A DNA stretch of 27,083 bases, taken from the IMG/VR virus record IMGVR_UViG_3300049173_000047, positions 1 through 27,083 of that record; one strand, written 5' to 3'. Position numbers and translations under genes: made by a program. The stretch's first letter is position 1. Each line of letters opens with the position of its first letter. Shown in pieces: positions 14,075-24,087 of this stretch. The notes under the pieces were generated by a model, which saw nothing but the letters and a program-made list of their open reading frames with translations, was not told where the DNA came from and did no database searches. Source of the stretch: a virus (taxonomy: Duplodnaviria; Caudoviricetes).

Positions 14075-14652
14075 GGTGTTCTCGCTTCCTGTTCGGCGAG
14101 CCAGCGCCGGACGGTCTGGTTGTGGCGGGCGTCGGCGAGCGCGTTGTGCTCGCTGCCCTCCTGCTTGGGGAGCTCGTCCCAGCCGATGCCGAGGCGGCGG
14201 GCTTCCTGCTGGATGTCGTTGGTGAACATCGGTACGCCGTCGGGGAGGTCGACCATCGGCCCCCACAGTTGGGCGAGGCAGACGTGGTCGTAGGCGCCGT
14301 AGTTCGCCCAGAGTTCGACGTCGTCGCCGGAGTCGCGGATGAAGTCGCGGACTTCGCGGGCGATCCGCTCGATGGGTTTCACGGCCGGGTCGTGGTAGTT
14401 GAACAGCCACGACTGCGGCATGTGGTTGTTCCAGTCGCCGGACGGCTTCGGCAGGTTGGGGACGACGTTCTCCATCAGCCACTTGTGCTTGCGCACTCGC
14501 CGCCGGAACCGCCAGCCCTTCCATCCCCGCGCGGCCAGCAGGCCGTTCACGGCGTAGTAGGTGCGCCCGTCATCGGCCACGATGCCGATGGAGATCGGCT
14601 CGATAGTCCTGCCGTCCTCCAGGAACTCCCAGTCGTAGTCCAGGCCGGTCAC
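14071..14652 (-). CDS. DEDDh 3'-5' exonuclease, RNase AS/Rv2179c (DUF5051)-like
   Basis: YDWEFLEDGRTIEPISIGIVADDGRTYYAV, ELWANYGAYDHVCLAQLWGPM, HNALADARH; GTG at 14652 overlaps the endolysin stop. Confidence 0.9.
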   Translation of the reverse strand: MTGLDYDWEFLEDGRTIEPISIGIVADDGRTYYAVNGLLAARGWKGWRFRRRVRKHKWLMENVVPNLPKPSGDWNNHMPQSWLFNYHDPAVKPIERIAREVRDFIRDSGDDVELWANYGAYDHVCLAQLWGPMVDLPDGVPMFTNDIQQEARRLGIGWDELPKQEGSEHNALADARHNQTVRRWLAEQEARTP

Positions 14653-15608
14653 TCGGCGAGCCGTTCGGCGAGCTTGACGGCGACCTTCTCCGCGATCTGC
14701 TCGGCGAGGGCCGGGTCCGCGGCGACAGCAGAGGCGAGCGCAGCGATCTGTGTGTCCGACAGCTCCACTGCGGACAGGGCGTCGATCTTCCGGCCGAGGT
14801 CCCGGACGCGGGTGGTGACGTCCTGGATGTGGGTCTGCCACGCCCAGAACTTGTTGGTGTTGTAGTCGGATGCGTCCGCGGGGGCGTTGATGACGCCGTC
14901 GGTCTTCAGGAGCTTCTTGAAGACCGCGTCCGCGACCTTGTTGATGTCGGCGTCGGTGAGCGCCACGTCGTCCTCCTGGGTGGTGCCGTTCTTGGCGGCG
15001 GCGAGGATGGCGGCCATCGGGAAGGCTCCCGGGTCGCCGTGGTCGTTTTCGGGAACGTGCTGGTGGCCGCAGTGCCCGGTGAAGTTGGTCCACTGGGTGC
15101 CGTTCATGCGGACGCCGTTGCTGGTGCCGTAGCTGCCCGGGTACGCCTTGAACGTCAGCCCGCTCGACAGCGGCACGTTGTGCTGATCGTTGGCCCACTT
15201 CGCGAAGGCGGCGAGGTCGCGAATCACCCAGGCGGGCAGCTCCGGCGTGTACAGGTGCCGGATGCCGGCGGCCGTCCACTTCGTGTGCGTGCTCGGGTCG
15301 CAGGTGCCGACGATCTCCACCTGGCCCACGTTGAGGGTGTTCGTCTCGACGCCGCCCGTCAGGTTGCGCAGGGCGCGGGAGGAAACGTCGAAGTCGAAAT
15401 GCTGGTACCAGGCGAGGCGTTGCGCGGCGAAGTCCGGGACCGCTGTGAAGTTCGGGGCCATCGAGCCGCCGTCGTAGGACGGCAGGCTGGTTCCTTCGGT
15501 GGTGTGCCAGACGATGACGTTCGACTCCATCGCCGACCCCGGATACTTCGTGCCGTACCAGTAGGCGGTCGACGCTCCGGGGTATCTCTGCGGACCGGTC
15601 TTGGTCAA
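14649..15608 (-). CDS. Endolysin, Zn-dependent N-acetylmuramoyl-L-alanine amidase-like
   Basis: VWHTTEG, QVEIVG, CGHQHVPENDHGDPG motifs. Start probably TTG 15608 after GAGAGGGG (the track starts at 15629). Confidence 0.85.
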   Translation of the reverse strand: MTKTGPQRYPGASTAYWYGTKYPGSAMESNVIVWHTTEGTSLPSYDGGSMAPNFTAVPDFAAQRLAWYQHFDFDVSSRALRNLTGGVETNTLNVGQVEIVGTCDPSTHTKWTAAGIRHLYTPELPAWVIRDLAAFAKWANDQHNVPLSSGLTFKAYPGSYGTSNGVRMNGTQWTNFTGHCGHQHVPENDHGDPGAFPMAAILAAAKNGTTQEDDVALTDADINKVADAVFKKLLKTDGVINAPADASDYNTNKFWAWQTHIQDVTTRVRDLGRKIDALSAVELSDTQIAALASAVAADPALAEQIAEKVAVKLAERLAE

Positions 15609-15623
15609 GGCGGGCCCCTCTCT

Positions 15624-15660
15624 GGGCATGAAAAAGGGCGCCTCTCGGGGGCCGGGGCGC
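15624..15660 (-). terminator. Intra-operon terminator-like hairpin before the endolysin
   Basis: GCGCCCC...GAGGCGC-CC-TTTTT-CATGCCC on the - strand. Confidence 0.6.
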
Positions 15661-15671
15661 GGGCTGGACGG

Positions 15672-15932
15672 TCAGGAGACTTCGGGCTGCGGGTCGAGCA
15701 GAGTGGCCGACATGATCGTCATGGGCTTGCGGCACACCCTCAGGCCGCACACGACGGTCGGGTTGCCGCCGTTCGAGTACAGCTCCGGTACCTCGAAGCT
15801 CTGCGCATAGTTCGGGCAGTTGGGATTGTCGTCCCGGACCACGGCCGCGTAGTACATGGCGGGCTGGAAGGTGATCGGGTCGGGGGTCGGTAGGGGTTCG
15901 GTCCCTGCGGTGTCCGTGTTCGTCTCGCTCAC
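15672..15932 (-). CDS. Small protein downstream of the tail-tip gene (possible fibre-associated/chaperone)
   Basis: GTGA overlap at 15929-15932; CPN...CGLRVC. Confidence 0.7.
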   Translation of the reverse strand: MSETNTDTAGTEPLPTPDPITFQPAMYYAAVVRDDNPNCPNYAQSFEVPELYSNGGNPTVVCGLRVCRKPMTIMSATLLDPQPEVS

Positions 15933-16696
15933 AGTCCGATCACCATCCAATTGACGACAGTCGCGGTCGTGTTGGTCCGGGTCACCCACACCGTCAGGCC
16001 GCCGGAGGTAACCGCATTGGTGCCTACGCCGGTCACGTTGGTGCCAGGCGCGGCGGTCTGAGGGGCGGCGAACGCGAAGAAGGTGCTGCCCTGCACGTCG
16101 AGACCCGATACGACCTGCGATGTGGGGGTGTTCGGCGCGGAGGGGGTGATGGTGACCGTGCCGTAGGCCCAGCTGGCGGCGGTCAGGATCCCGGTGAGGT
16201 CCAGGTCACACGGGCCGCTCTCACCCGCGCCGTCGAGCTCCCGGAAGCCGTTGAGTAGGACGCTCGCCCGGCCACCAGAGGCCGAGTTGAGGTCCACTAC
16301 GGCCGCCCAGTCGGTCTCCAGGATGGAGCCAGACGAGAACTGCAAGTCGCTGCCGGCCTCGGGGATCGTGTCGTAGGAGACCCTGGCCGGCACATCGGCG
16401 ACCTGTGACTCGGCGGGCTGGAAGCTGAGCTCCCCAGAGGTCAGGGAGGCGACCACCGGGATCTCCTCGCCACCCCCCAGGTTGCCGTAGGTCGTCAGCC
16501 CGCCGCCGAGGTCACCGGTGGGCCCGAGCTCGGCCAGGAGGGTCTGTCCGTCGTCGCTGTAGATACGGAGCCGCCCCACGGAGGCGGAACCCATACGGCG
16601 GGCCGCCCGTAGTTCGGTCATCTGCCGTTCTAGGGCGGCGACTTTCCGTGCCAGGGTGGTGGGGTCGGTGGGCATCTGGTCGAGCTGTTTGGGCAT
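15929..16696 (-). CDS. Minor tail / putative receptor-binding protein
   Basis: ATG at 16696 (TGATG overlap); N-terminal coiled coil LARKVAALERQMTEL; beta-rich C-terminus ending VNWMVIG. Confidence 0.75.
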   Translation of the reverse strand: MPKQLDQMPTDPTTLARKVAALERQMTELRAARRMGSASVGRLRIYSDDGQTLLAELGPTGDLGGGLTTYGNLGGGEEIPVVASLTSGELSFQPAESQVADVPARVSYDTIPEAGSDLQFSSGSILETDWAAVVDLNSASGGRASVLLNGFRELDGAGESGPCDLDLTGILTAASWAYGTVTITPSAPNTPTSQVVSGLDVQGSTFFAFAAPQTAAPGTNVTGVGTNAVTSGGLTVWVTRTNTTATVVNWMVIGL

Positions 16697-17769
16697 CAGT
16701 CCTCCACAAGGATCGGGCGGACACGGTCCGCGCCGGCGTCGAGTTCCCAGGCCCAGCAGCGCGCGGTCACATCCGCTCCCCGCGGGTGCCGGGGGGAGGT
16801 CTCGACGGCCAGGTGGACGCTGTCGCCAAGTCCCCAGTCCTGGCCGAGGCGTGGCGCCCGGGAGGCGACCGCCTCGACGCTCCACACCTGGCCGCCCGGC
16901 GCCATCAGGGCCAGCGTCTGGACGGCATGCGCGTTCAGCTGGTCGGGGTCGGTGACGCCGGTCGCGGGCGTGTACCGGTACTCCCAGCGCGGCCATCCGG
17001 CAGAGATCAGCTCGGCTGCCGTGTAGGTGCTGGAAGAGAGGCGGGAGGATCCCTCGCCTTCACCGCGGGCGATGACGACGTTGGCGCCCTTGCCTGCCTC
17101 ATACGACTCGGCGAGCGAGTAGGCGTTCACGCAGCCGGGGAAGTCGAAGGTGACAGCGGTGTCTGCCTGGATGCCGATCGCCTTGCGCACGCGCAGCGGG
17201 AACTGGAAGCCGCTGTGCGCCGCGTTCCAGACGACGTCGATGGTCCACTCGGGGCCGCCGTCCAGGCCCATGATTTCGTTGAGGCAGGCCAGGATCGTCT
17301 TGTCGTCGCCGTCGGCGCTCAGGTAGTCCATCGTCGTGCCGGTGGCCACGCTGTCGATGACGAACGGCGGCCCGCCGGTGAGCGCCGGGGTGGCCAGTGC
17401 GGTCATGACGGACGCTTGGTCGGTGGACAGGAGCGTCTGGGTGCCGGGGTAGCGGGCGCCCAGATAACTCTCTAGGGTGGCCGCTCCCAGCTGCACGGTC
17501 TGCGCGCTGCCGCCCTCCCTGGGCAGCACCGCGCCCGCCCACACGGGCAGGTCGGTGGCGGTGTCGACGGCGACCAGGACGCTGCTGCCCGGTGTGGTGG
17601 CCTCTTCCCAGCTCGCGGCGGCACCGGACAGTGCGAGCTCGAACTGCACGGTGGTGCTGTCCCCGAGCTTCCGTGACAGTGGGCCCGTCGGCTTGAGGGA
17701 CGGCAGGTCCTCGACGATGCCTCCCGTTCGCAGGTCGCATCCGAACCAGGCCAGTGAGACGGCGGTCAT
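16696..17769 (-). CDS. Minor tail protein (tail tip hub/Tal-like)
   Basis: ATG at 17769 (ATGA overlap); PVWAGAV, GGPEWTID, WGLGDSV motifs typical of actinophage hub proteins; synteny. Confidence 0.8.
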   Translation of the reverse strand: MTAVSLAWFGCDLRTGGIVEDLPSLKPTGPLSRKLGDSTTVQFELALSGAAASWEEATTPGSSVLVAVDTATDLPVWAGAVLPREGGSAQTVQLGAATLESYLGARYPGTQTLLSTDQASVMTALATPALTGGPPFVIDSVATGTTMDYLSADGDDKTILACLNEIMGLDGGPEWTIDVVWNAAHSGFQFPLRVRKAIGIQADTAVTFDFPGCVNAYSLAESYEAGKGANVVIARGEGEGSSRLSSSTYTAAELISAGWPRWEYRYTPATGVTDPDQLNAHAVQTLALMAPGGQVWSVEAVASRAPRLGQDWGLGDSVHLAVETSPRHPRGADVTARCWAWELDAGADRVRPILVED

Positions 17770-18794
17770 GCGGTGGCGACCGGCTCGACGGCCAGCAGCC
17801 CGTTGTCGGCGCGGGTGACGGTGGTCAGCGTGCCGACCGAGCTGAACAGGTACTGCGGGGTGATCGTCACGCTCGCACCCGGCGTCCAGGAGCGCAGCAC
17901 CCTGCGCGTCCCGTAGTTGCGGGTGCCGTGGGTGGACAGGCCGTTCGCCTCGGAGGCCCCCTCGGTCACGCCACCGGACGCCCGCCAGGCCAGCCAGCCC
18001 GACGACGTCGCCGTGTTGGTGTTCATCACCGCCCCGCCGACACTGATCCACACCAGACCGCTGGGCGGCACGGTGAACGACAACGCCGGCCAGTTACCCG
18101 AGGGGAAGTCGGTGAACGTACCTGCGGTGAACGAGCCCGGCTGGCTGACCTGGGTGCTGGTGACCGGGGTGTAGGGGCTGATCTGTCGCCAGTTCGTGCC
18201 GTTCCAGCGGAGCAGACCGGTGCCGTCGTCGTAGTACTGCCCGATGTACAGGCCGGTCGGTGCGGACGAGGCGGGCAGGATGCCGCCCGGTGCCACCGCG
18301 TAGGGCCGCACCGCGGTCGACACTGAGGCGGTGCCGCCGTTGGAGACGGACAGCACAGTGATCGTGGCCAGCGGAACGTAGATCTGGGTGCCCGCCGGGG
18401 TCGGGGCTACCGGCGACGCGGACGCCGTGCCAGCAAGGTAGACGATGTCCGCTTTGAGTAGGCCGGACGCGTCGACCGCGTTGTCCCAGACCCGCAGGTA
18501 GACCAGGTCGATGCGGTTGAGGGTGGCGTGCGCGGCCGTGTACGTGCCCGGCGACACGGTCGACGGGAACGCCGCCCGGTAGACGCCCTGCCCCGGGTAG
18601 GCGACCAGGGCGACGCCCGCTGAGCAGTTGATGGTGGTGCCGGCCAGGGTGACGGTCAGGCCCGGGTCGCCGGGGCGCACGCCCGATCGGGAGCCGAGGG
18701 CGGTCCCGTTGCCCATGGACAGCATGGAGTCGACGAGTCGGGTTTCCAGGCCAGAGAACGCGAGCGTGTCGAGGGCCCACACGTCTACGGGCAT
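17766..18794 (-). CDS. Minor tail protein
   Basis: RSGVRPG...QGVY...RIDLVYLRVWD...GTASASP.AP...LATITV pattern; follows Dit. Confidence 0.8.
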   Translation of the reverse strand: MPVDVWALDTLAFSGLETRLVDSMLSMGNGTALGSRSGVRPGDPGLTVTLAGTTINCSAGVALVAYPGQGVYRAAFPSTVSPGTYTAAHATLNRIDLVYLRVWDNAVDASGLLKADIVYLAGTASASPVAPTPAGTQIYVPLATITVLSVSNGGTASVSTAVRPYAVAPGGILPASSAPTGLYIGQYYDDGTGLLRWNGTNWRQISPYTPVTSTQVSQPGSFTAGTFTDFPSGNWPALSFTVPPSGLVWISVGGAVMNTNTATSSGWLAWRASGGVTEGASEANGLSTHGTRNYGTRRVLRSWTPGASVTITPQYLFSSVGTLTTVTRADNGLLAVEPVATA

Positions 18795-18803
18795 GGTGCC
18801 TCC

Positions 18804-19649
18804 TTACATCCAGGCCGAGCGCCAGGTGGCGGTCAGCCGTGCGGTCGCGTTGTAGGTCGAGGACTGGAACTGGTAGGTGACGGCGGCGCCGGCGGGGATG
18901 GTAGGCCACCCTGCGGGTGCGCTCAGGAAGCGGCGCCTCGACACTGACCCGTTGAGTAGGACGGTGCGGGCGTCGGTGTCGATGGTGAGGACGTCGCCGG
19001 TGGCCAGGTCCAGGGAGTAGATGAGCTGGCGCACCGTGCCGTCCGGGTACAGGGCAGACACGGACGGTGCGACGACCGGCCCGGTGATGGTGAGGACCGG
19101 GCGGGTGTCGACGTTGCCTGCGTTCACCGCGGTGATGGATCCTGCCACCGCCGTCGCCGAGAAGGTGATCGGGAAGGTGATCGGGAAGGTGAGGCCGCCG
19201 CTGGTGGACGGCAGGGCGGTCGTGCCGGTGCTGAGTGTGGTGCTGTAGCGGCGCGGATCTGGGGCTGTCACCAGCACCGAGTACGAGGCCTTAGTGTCGG
19301 TCAGGTACTGCACGAGGTGCTTGCCGGAGCGCCTCACCACGCACTGCTTCGGGGTGGTCTCCCACACGGTCAGCAGCGTGTCGGTGAGGCCGGCCGCTGC
19401 CCGGAGCTGGTCCATGGCCGATTCGAGGAGGGCCTGGGAGGGGGCGAGGATGGTGCCGGCCAGGGTGATTGGCCGGGAAGACAGGTAGACCGGGGATGCC
19501 CAGGCCCCATGGTCGGACTCACGGTCGGTGAATTCGCTCCGTGAGTCCGGGGAGTCCCATCCCTCCAGGGTCATCAAGCGCCAGTCCACGCCGGAGTCGT
19601 CGACGGCCCCCAGCGTGACCGCCCCCAGCGTGGCGCTCATCCCATCCAT
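18804..19649 (-). CDS. Distal tail protein (Dit-like)
   Basis: Directly after the tape measure; LEGWDS, APDPRRY, FPITFPITF, IDTDARTV, WRSAW. Confidence 0.85.
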   Translation of the reverse strand: MDGMSATLGAVTLGAVDDSGVDWRLMTLEGWDSPDSRSEFTDRESDHGAWASPVYLSSRPITLAGTILAPSQALLESAMDQLRAAAGLTDTLLTVWETTPKQCVVRRSGKHLVQYLTDTKASYSVLVTAPDPRRYSTTLSTGTTALPSTSGGLTFPITFPITFSATAVAGSITAVNAGNVDTRPVLTITGPVVAPSVSALYPDGTVRQLIYSLDLATGDVLTIDTDARTVLLNGSVSRRRFLSAPAGWPTIPAGAAVTYQFQSSTYNATARLTATWRSAWM

Positions 19650-19662
19650 CCCGCTCCCTTCG

Positions 19663-22600
19663 TCAGCCGACGAACGTCATGTGGCGGGCAACGTCCATCG
19701 CCTGTTCGGCAGTGGTCTGCCCGGCGCCGTAGAGGTTGACGGTGATCTGCTTGGTGACCTCCCGGGCCACGGCCGCAACCGACGCGCCGCCCCCGTACCG
19801 TCCGGCCGGGGTGAGCTGATACCCCATGGCCGATGCGGTCTTGGCGAGCAACGCCCGGGAGCGTGCCGAGCTGTTCCACGGGATCCAAGACTCGGGCACC
19901 CCGGCTTCGGCTCCCAGCACCATCGTGGGCCGGGTGAGGATGCCGCCTGCCGCCATGGCGACGCCGCCCTGCTGGTTCCACTGCCTGACGAATGTCGACT
20001 TGTTGGCGTCGGGCAGGGCCTTGATCTGGGCGGTCATCTTCGGGACGAGGTCGCGGATGGTGGCCACGTCGAGGCCCGCCGCGATCAGGTCGGTGAAGCC
20101 TCGGCCGGTGCCGCCGCGCAGGGTGGACAGCAGGGTGAGCGCGTTGGTGAGGTCTTCACCGGACAGCGCGCCCTGCGCGGTGCCGACGGCCTTATTCGCG
20201 GCTGCCGCCTGGGCGGGTGAGCCGACGGCCTGGTGGGCAAGCGTCATCGCCGAAGCGTCGCCTTGTGCGGCGAGAGCCTGGGCGAGGTCACCGAAGCCCG
20301 ACGCTGCGAGCTTCTGGAGATCGGCGGCGAACTGCTGGGACTCCTTGGTGCTGGAGTTGAGCTGGCTCGTGAAATCCTTGAGCGTGGCCTTGGCGAGGTC
20401 GCCGGTCTTCTCCAGTTTGGACACGATGGACTTGAACTGCTTGTCCGAGGCACCGGCCAAGGCGTTGACGAGGGCGTAGCCTTCCTCGCCCATGCCTTCC
20501 AGCATCGTCTTGAGTTCGGCACCGCCACGCTGCCCGATCTTCGTCAGGCTGGACCTCCACTTCTGCGTCGCGGCCACCGACTCGTCGAGCTGGGTCTCAT
20601 ACGCCTTCAGGTTGAAGGACTTCGGGGCCTTGGCCCCCTTCTTCAGCCCCAGCTCCGCGTCTGCCGCGTAGACGTCCTTGCGCTCCTTGGCGACGGTCTT
20701 GTCCGCGGCCCTCTTCGACGACTTCGCCTTGTCGACGCGTTCCTGCGCCGAGCGCAGCTGGGCCGCGGTGTGGTGGCCCTTGCGGACGGAGGCGAGGTTC
20801 TTCTCCGCGGCCCGCAGGTTGTCGGCCGCCTTCTTCTGGTCGGCCAGGGCCTTGGTGAGATCGGCCCACGCCTTCTTGAGGTCCTCGATCTCCTGGTCGT
20901 AACGCTTCCTCGCATCCGACGGACCACCCAGGACCGGCATGCCGGTCGGCGAGTACGTGAAACCGGGGATGCCGCCGTTAGCGAACCACGCCACCTGCCC
21001 GCCGAGCCGCTTCACAGTCTCGGCGGCGATCTGCCGGGAGCGGGGCCGCTTGGCGGGGTTGAGGGGGATGTAGGCCTCGTCGCCTGCCTCGTCCTCCGCC
21101 CATACCCGCCAGCTGCCCTTCTTGGCGATCTGCGCGACGTGGTTCTCCCGCCGCATGCCGCCGTCCGCGTAGAACGACAGGATGCTGCCGTCGGCCTGTG
21201 CCCCATAGTCGCGGTGCGCGGGCGCCACCGCAGACTTGCTGCCCTTGGTGACGAAGGTGGTGGTCACACTCACGGACTTGTCGTGCAGCGCCCGAATCGC
21301 GGCGGCGAGGGCGTCGACGGCGCGCTTCTGGCCGCCGGTCGGCACCGTGATGACGACCTGCTTACCCTTCGTGTTCTTGATCTTGAAGCCGAGGGCTTCC
21401 AGCTGGGCGCGCGCCTCAGCGGTCGGCGCCTTCATTGTGAGGGTGCGCCCCTTCATCGAGGCGACCTTGTTCTTGACCGCCTCCAAGTCACTCATCGCGG
21501 CGGTGGTCTTCGCGTCGACCTTCGTCGCCACCGACGGCGGCATCTGGGCGAACGCGCCGATCAGGTTCTTGATGGCGTCCGTCGAGAACCCGGCCGCCCG
21601 CATCTGCTTCTTCAGCAGGCCGATGTCCGTCTCCAACGCCTTCTGGCCGGCCGTCTGGGAGTTCGTCTGCTCGGCGACTGCCTGGGCGTGATCCTGGGCC
21701 GCTTTGGCGGCGTCGAGGAACGCGCCCTTGACCGCGCGGCCCTTCTCCGTGGACACGTCCAAGGAGTGGCCGTTCTCCTTCACGGCATCGTTCAGTTCGG
21801 CCAGAGACTGCCGGAAGCTGATCTCTCCCTCGGCTGCCGAGATGGCGCCGCCGTTGAGGCCCTTGAGGGCGTCGGCCAGCTTCTCCGCCTCAGTCCGCTG
21901 GTCCTGGAGCTGGTCTGCCGTAAGGCCGACCTCTTCGCCGAGCTTGGCCTGAGCGCCTGCCGAGAGCTTCGACTGGGTGTCCGTCTGGGTCAGTGCTTCC
22001 GCGTAGCCGGGAAGCAGTGTGCGCAGCTTCTCCGTTGAGGTGCCCTGGGCTTCAGCCTCCCTAGCCAGCCTGCTGAAGGCCTGCGCCGCCACGTCGGGGG
22101 CGCCCCCCTCGACCAGGCTCTTCAGGGCGTCGTCCATGGCCGTCAATTTGTTGCGGGCCTCATCGAGGCCCTGGGAGTCCGACCCGAGGTGGGTGATCGT
22201 GTAAAGGGAGTCGCCGATCCGGTCCAGGGCGCCGGGGTGGGCGAGGCGGGCGACGGCCTCGCCGAAGCCGTCCATGTCCTTGCCGTACTTCTTGCTCAGT
22301 TCGCCTGCCGCGGACCCGGATCGGGCGAAATTGATGAGGGCGTTGCCCAGCTTGGTCACGTTCGGGGGCGCGTCCTCGAAGGCGAGTTTCAGCTTGTCCG
22401 CGCCATACGACATGGCTTCTAGGGTGGCCACGACGATCCCGAGACGGCCTAGGCCGTTCATCAGGACCCGGGTCCGGGCGGCCGTGATGCCCAGTTGAGT
22501 CAGAGCGGTTCGGGTGGCGGCGATCCTCGGCAGCATCAGCATGAGACCGGTGGCGACAAGAGTTGCCGCGCCACCGATGCCGGTCAGCAGGGTGACGGCG

Positions 22601-23706
22601 TGCTGCAACCCGGGCGGCAAGTCGTTGTAGGCGTTGACCAGCTTGGTGACCCATTGGGTCATGTCGCGCAGAGCACCGTTCGCCGACGAGCCGCCCTCGA
22701 TCAGCGCGGTCTCGATGGCGCCGCGGAGGCGTTCCAGGTCGCCGACGAGGTTGTCGGTCTGAATGGCGGCCATACGTCCGGCCGCACCCTGGTCGTTGAC
22801 GGCGCGGGTGTACTTCTGCACACCCTGCGAACCGAGCTCGTACAGGATCGTTGCGGACCGCACCGCGTCCGACCCGAAGATCGTGGCGAAGGCCGCGTTC
22901 CTCGCCTCGGGCGTGAGGCCGCTGAACGACGACTTGAGGTTGCCGGCCATCTTGGCGAGGCCGACGAACTTGCCCTGAGAGTCGTAGGCGCTGAACCCGA
23001 CCTTGTCCATCATGGTGCGGGCCTCGACGGACTGCGGGACGAGGCGCTGCAGCATCGTCTTCAGCGATGTGCCTGCGTCGGAGCCGATGAGCGCGTGGTC
23101 GGCGAAGGCCGCCAGGGTGCCCACCGTGTCCTCAAAGCTCAACCCGGTCTGTTTGGCGAGCAGGCCGCCCTGTCGCAGGGACATGCCCAGGCCGCTCATG
23201 TCGGCTGCGCTCTTGTTCGCTGCCGCGCTGAGGACGTCGGCGACGTGCGTGACGTCCTTGCCGCTCAGCCCGAACGTGTTCATGGCCTGTGCGGCGATGA
23301 CCGCCGAGTCGGCGAGGTCCATCTGCCCGGACGCGGCCAGCGCCAGCGTGCCCTTCAAAGCGCCGCCGGTGATGTCCGCGACTTTCACGCCTGCGCGCGC
23401 CAGCTCCGCCTCGGCGTTGGCAGCCTCGGTCGCCGTGAAGCTGGTGGTTTTGCCCGCTTCCAGGGCTGCGGCACGCAGCTTGCCCATCTCGGCCGACGAC
23501 GCACCCGTGACGGCCCGCACGTTGCTCAGCGCTTTGTCGAACTTTGCGGCGCTGGCCGCCGCGATGGCGAAGCCGGTCACCATCGCAGTGCCGACGGCAG
23601 CGCCTGCCCCGGCGAGCCGGGAGGTGTTGTCGGCAGCCTGCCGCATGCCGCGTGTGTACTGGCTGATGTCCGCGCGCAGCCGGACGGTGACGGTACGGGT
23701 GGCCAC
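19663..23706 (-). CDS. Tape measure protein (TP901-like core)
   Basis: 1347-aa Ala-rich helical ORF; FDKALSNVRAV, GSDAGTSLKTML, IFGSDAVR, DNLVGDLERL. Confidence 0.97.
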   Translation of the reverse strand: MATRTVTVRLRADISQYTRGMRQAADNTSRLAGAGAAVGTAMVTGFAIAAASAAKFDKALSNVRAVTGASSAEMGKLRAAALEAGKTTSFTATEAANAEAELARAGVKVADITGGALKGTLALAASGQMDLADSAVIAAQAMNTFGLSGKDVTHVADVLSAAANKSAADMSGLGMSLRQGGLLAKQTGLSFEDTVGTLAAFADHALIGSDAGTSLKTMLQRLVPQSVEARTMMDKVGFSAYDSQGKFVGLAKMAGNLKSSFSGLTPEARNAAFATIFGSDAVRSATILYELGSQGVQKYTRAVNDQGAAGRMAAIQTDNLVGDLERLRGAIETALIEGGSSANGALRDMTQWVTKLVNAYNDLPPGLQHAVTLLTGIGGAATLVATGLMLMLPRIAATRTALTQLGITAARTRVLMNGLGRLGIVVATLEAMSYGADKLKLAFEDAPPNVTKLGNALINFARSGSAAGELSKKYGKDMDGFGEAVARLAHPGALDRIGDSLYTITHLGSDSQGLDEARNKLTAMDDALKSLVEGGAPDVAAQAFSRLAREAEAQGTSTEKLRTLLPGYAEALTQTDTQSKLSAGAQAKLGEEVGLTADQLQDQRTEAEKLADALKGLNGGAISAAEGEISFRQSLAELNDAVKENGHSLDVSTEKGRAVKGAFLDAAKAAQDHAQAVAEQTNSQTAGQKALETDIGLLKKQMRAAGFSTDAIKNLIGAFAQMPPSVATKVDAKTTAAMSDLEAVKNKVASMKGRTLTMKAPTAEARAQLEALGFKIKNTKGKQVVITVPTGGQKRAVDALAAAIRALHDKSVSVTTTFVTKGSKSAVAPAHRDYGAQADGSILSFYADGGMRRENHVAQIAKKGSWRVWAEDEAGDEAYIPLNPAKRPRSRQIAAETVKRLGGQVAWFANGGIPGFTYSPTGMPVLGGPSDARKRYDQEIEDLKKAWADLTKALADQKKAADNLRAAEKNLASVRKGHHTAAQLRSAQERVDKAKSSKRAADKTVAKERKDVYAADAELGLKKGAKAPKSFNLKAYETQLDESVAATQKWRSSLTKIGQRGGAELKTMLEGMGEEGYALVNALAGASDKQFKSIVSKLEKTGDLAKATLKDFTSQLNSSTKESQQFAADLQKLAASGFGDLAQALAAQGDASAMTLAHQAVGSPAQAAAANKAVGTAQGALSGEDLTNALTLLSTLRGGTGRGFTDLIAAGLDVATIRDLVPKMTAQIKALPDANKSTFVRQWNQQGGVAMAAGGILTRPTMVLGAEAGVPESWIPWNSSARSRALLAKTASAMGYQLTPAGRYGGGASVAAVAREVTKQITVNLYGAGQTTAEQAMDVARHMTFVG

Positions 23707-23709
23707 AGT

Positions 23710-24087
23710 TCACCCCCGTCGTATGTCGTTTTTCCGGACGTGGACGTGAAGGCCGTCGGAGGAGCTCTCGCCGTTCTTGTCCTGGTGGGCGCGCACCCGC
23801 TTCGCGGACGCCGAGCAGGCGTGACAGCGCACCAGTTCGGCGGTGTACTCGAACTCGTTGGCCGGGTCGGTGGCTTCACCCCAGGGTTGGCCGCATTCGG
23901 GGCAGGCGTCTGCCTCAACTTCCAGCAGGGCGAGCGCCCAGTTGCGGTCCTCGGGCAGCCACAGCGGTTCGCCTTCGGCGACGGCCCGCCCCATGAACAC
24001 TGAGCGGGGCACCCCCCAGGCGCGGGCTGCTTCTAGTTCTCGCCGCCAAGGGCCGCCAGGAGCGCGGAGGCGGCCAGCGAGAAAGGG
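23710..24087 (-). CDS. C-terminal (T) part of the tail assembly chaperone GT fusion, reached by -1 frameshift
   Basis: The -1 frame is open from slippery C CCT TTC (24087-24081) into track ORF 23710..24012; CPEC...CHAC. Confidence 0.8.
   Translation of the reverse strand, partial: PFLAGRLRAPGGPWRRELEAARAWGVPRSVFMGRAVAEGEPLWLPEDRNWALALLEVEADACPECGQPWGEATDPANEFEYTAELVRCHACSASAKRVRAHQDKNGESSSDGLHVHVRKNDIRRG

Noticed and set aside
14653-15750. 559-aa N-terminally extended exonuclease, and other over-extended track starts such as 4241, 10242, 10637, 16996 and 18051
   Set aside because: The extensions overlap neighbouring real genes or regulatory DNA; internal starts with stop/start coupling or an RBS fit better.
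15672-18794. Diversity-generating retroelement or invertible tail-fibre cassette linked to the serine recombinase
   Set aside because: No reverse transcriptase, template/variable repeat pair, duplicated fibre C-termini or flanking inverted sites were seen.
19161-19191. Tandem repeat GAAGGTGATCGG in the Dit gene
   Set aside because: Encodes the ordinary FPITFPITF motif; no sign of phase variation.
20233-24003. Long + strand ORFs (601 aa and 502 aa) opposite the tape measure, and similar long antisense ORFs opposite int, resolvase and endolysin
   Set aside because: Typical shadow frames of high-GC3 genes; no RBS, motifs or operon context.
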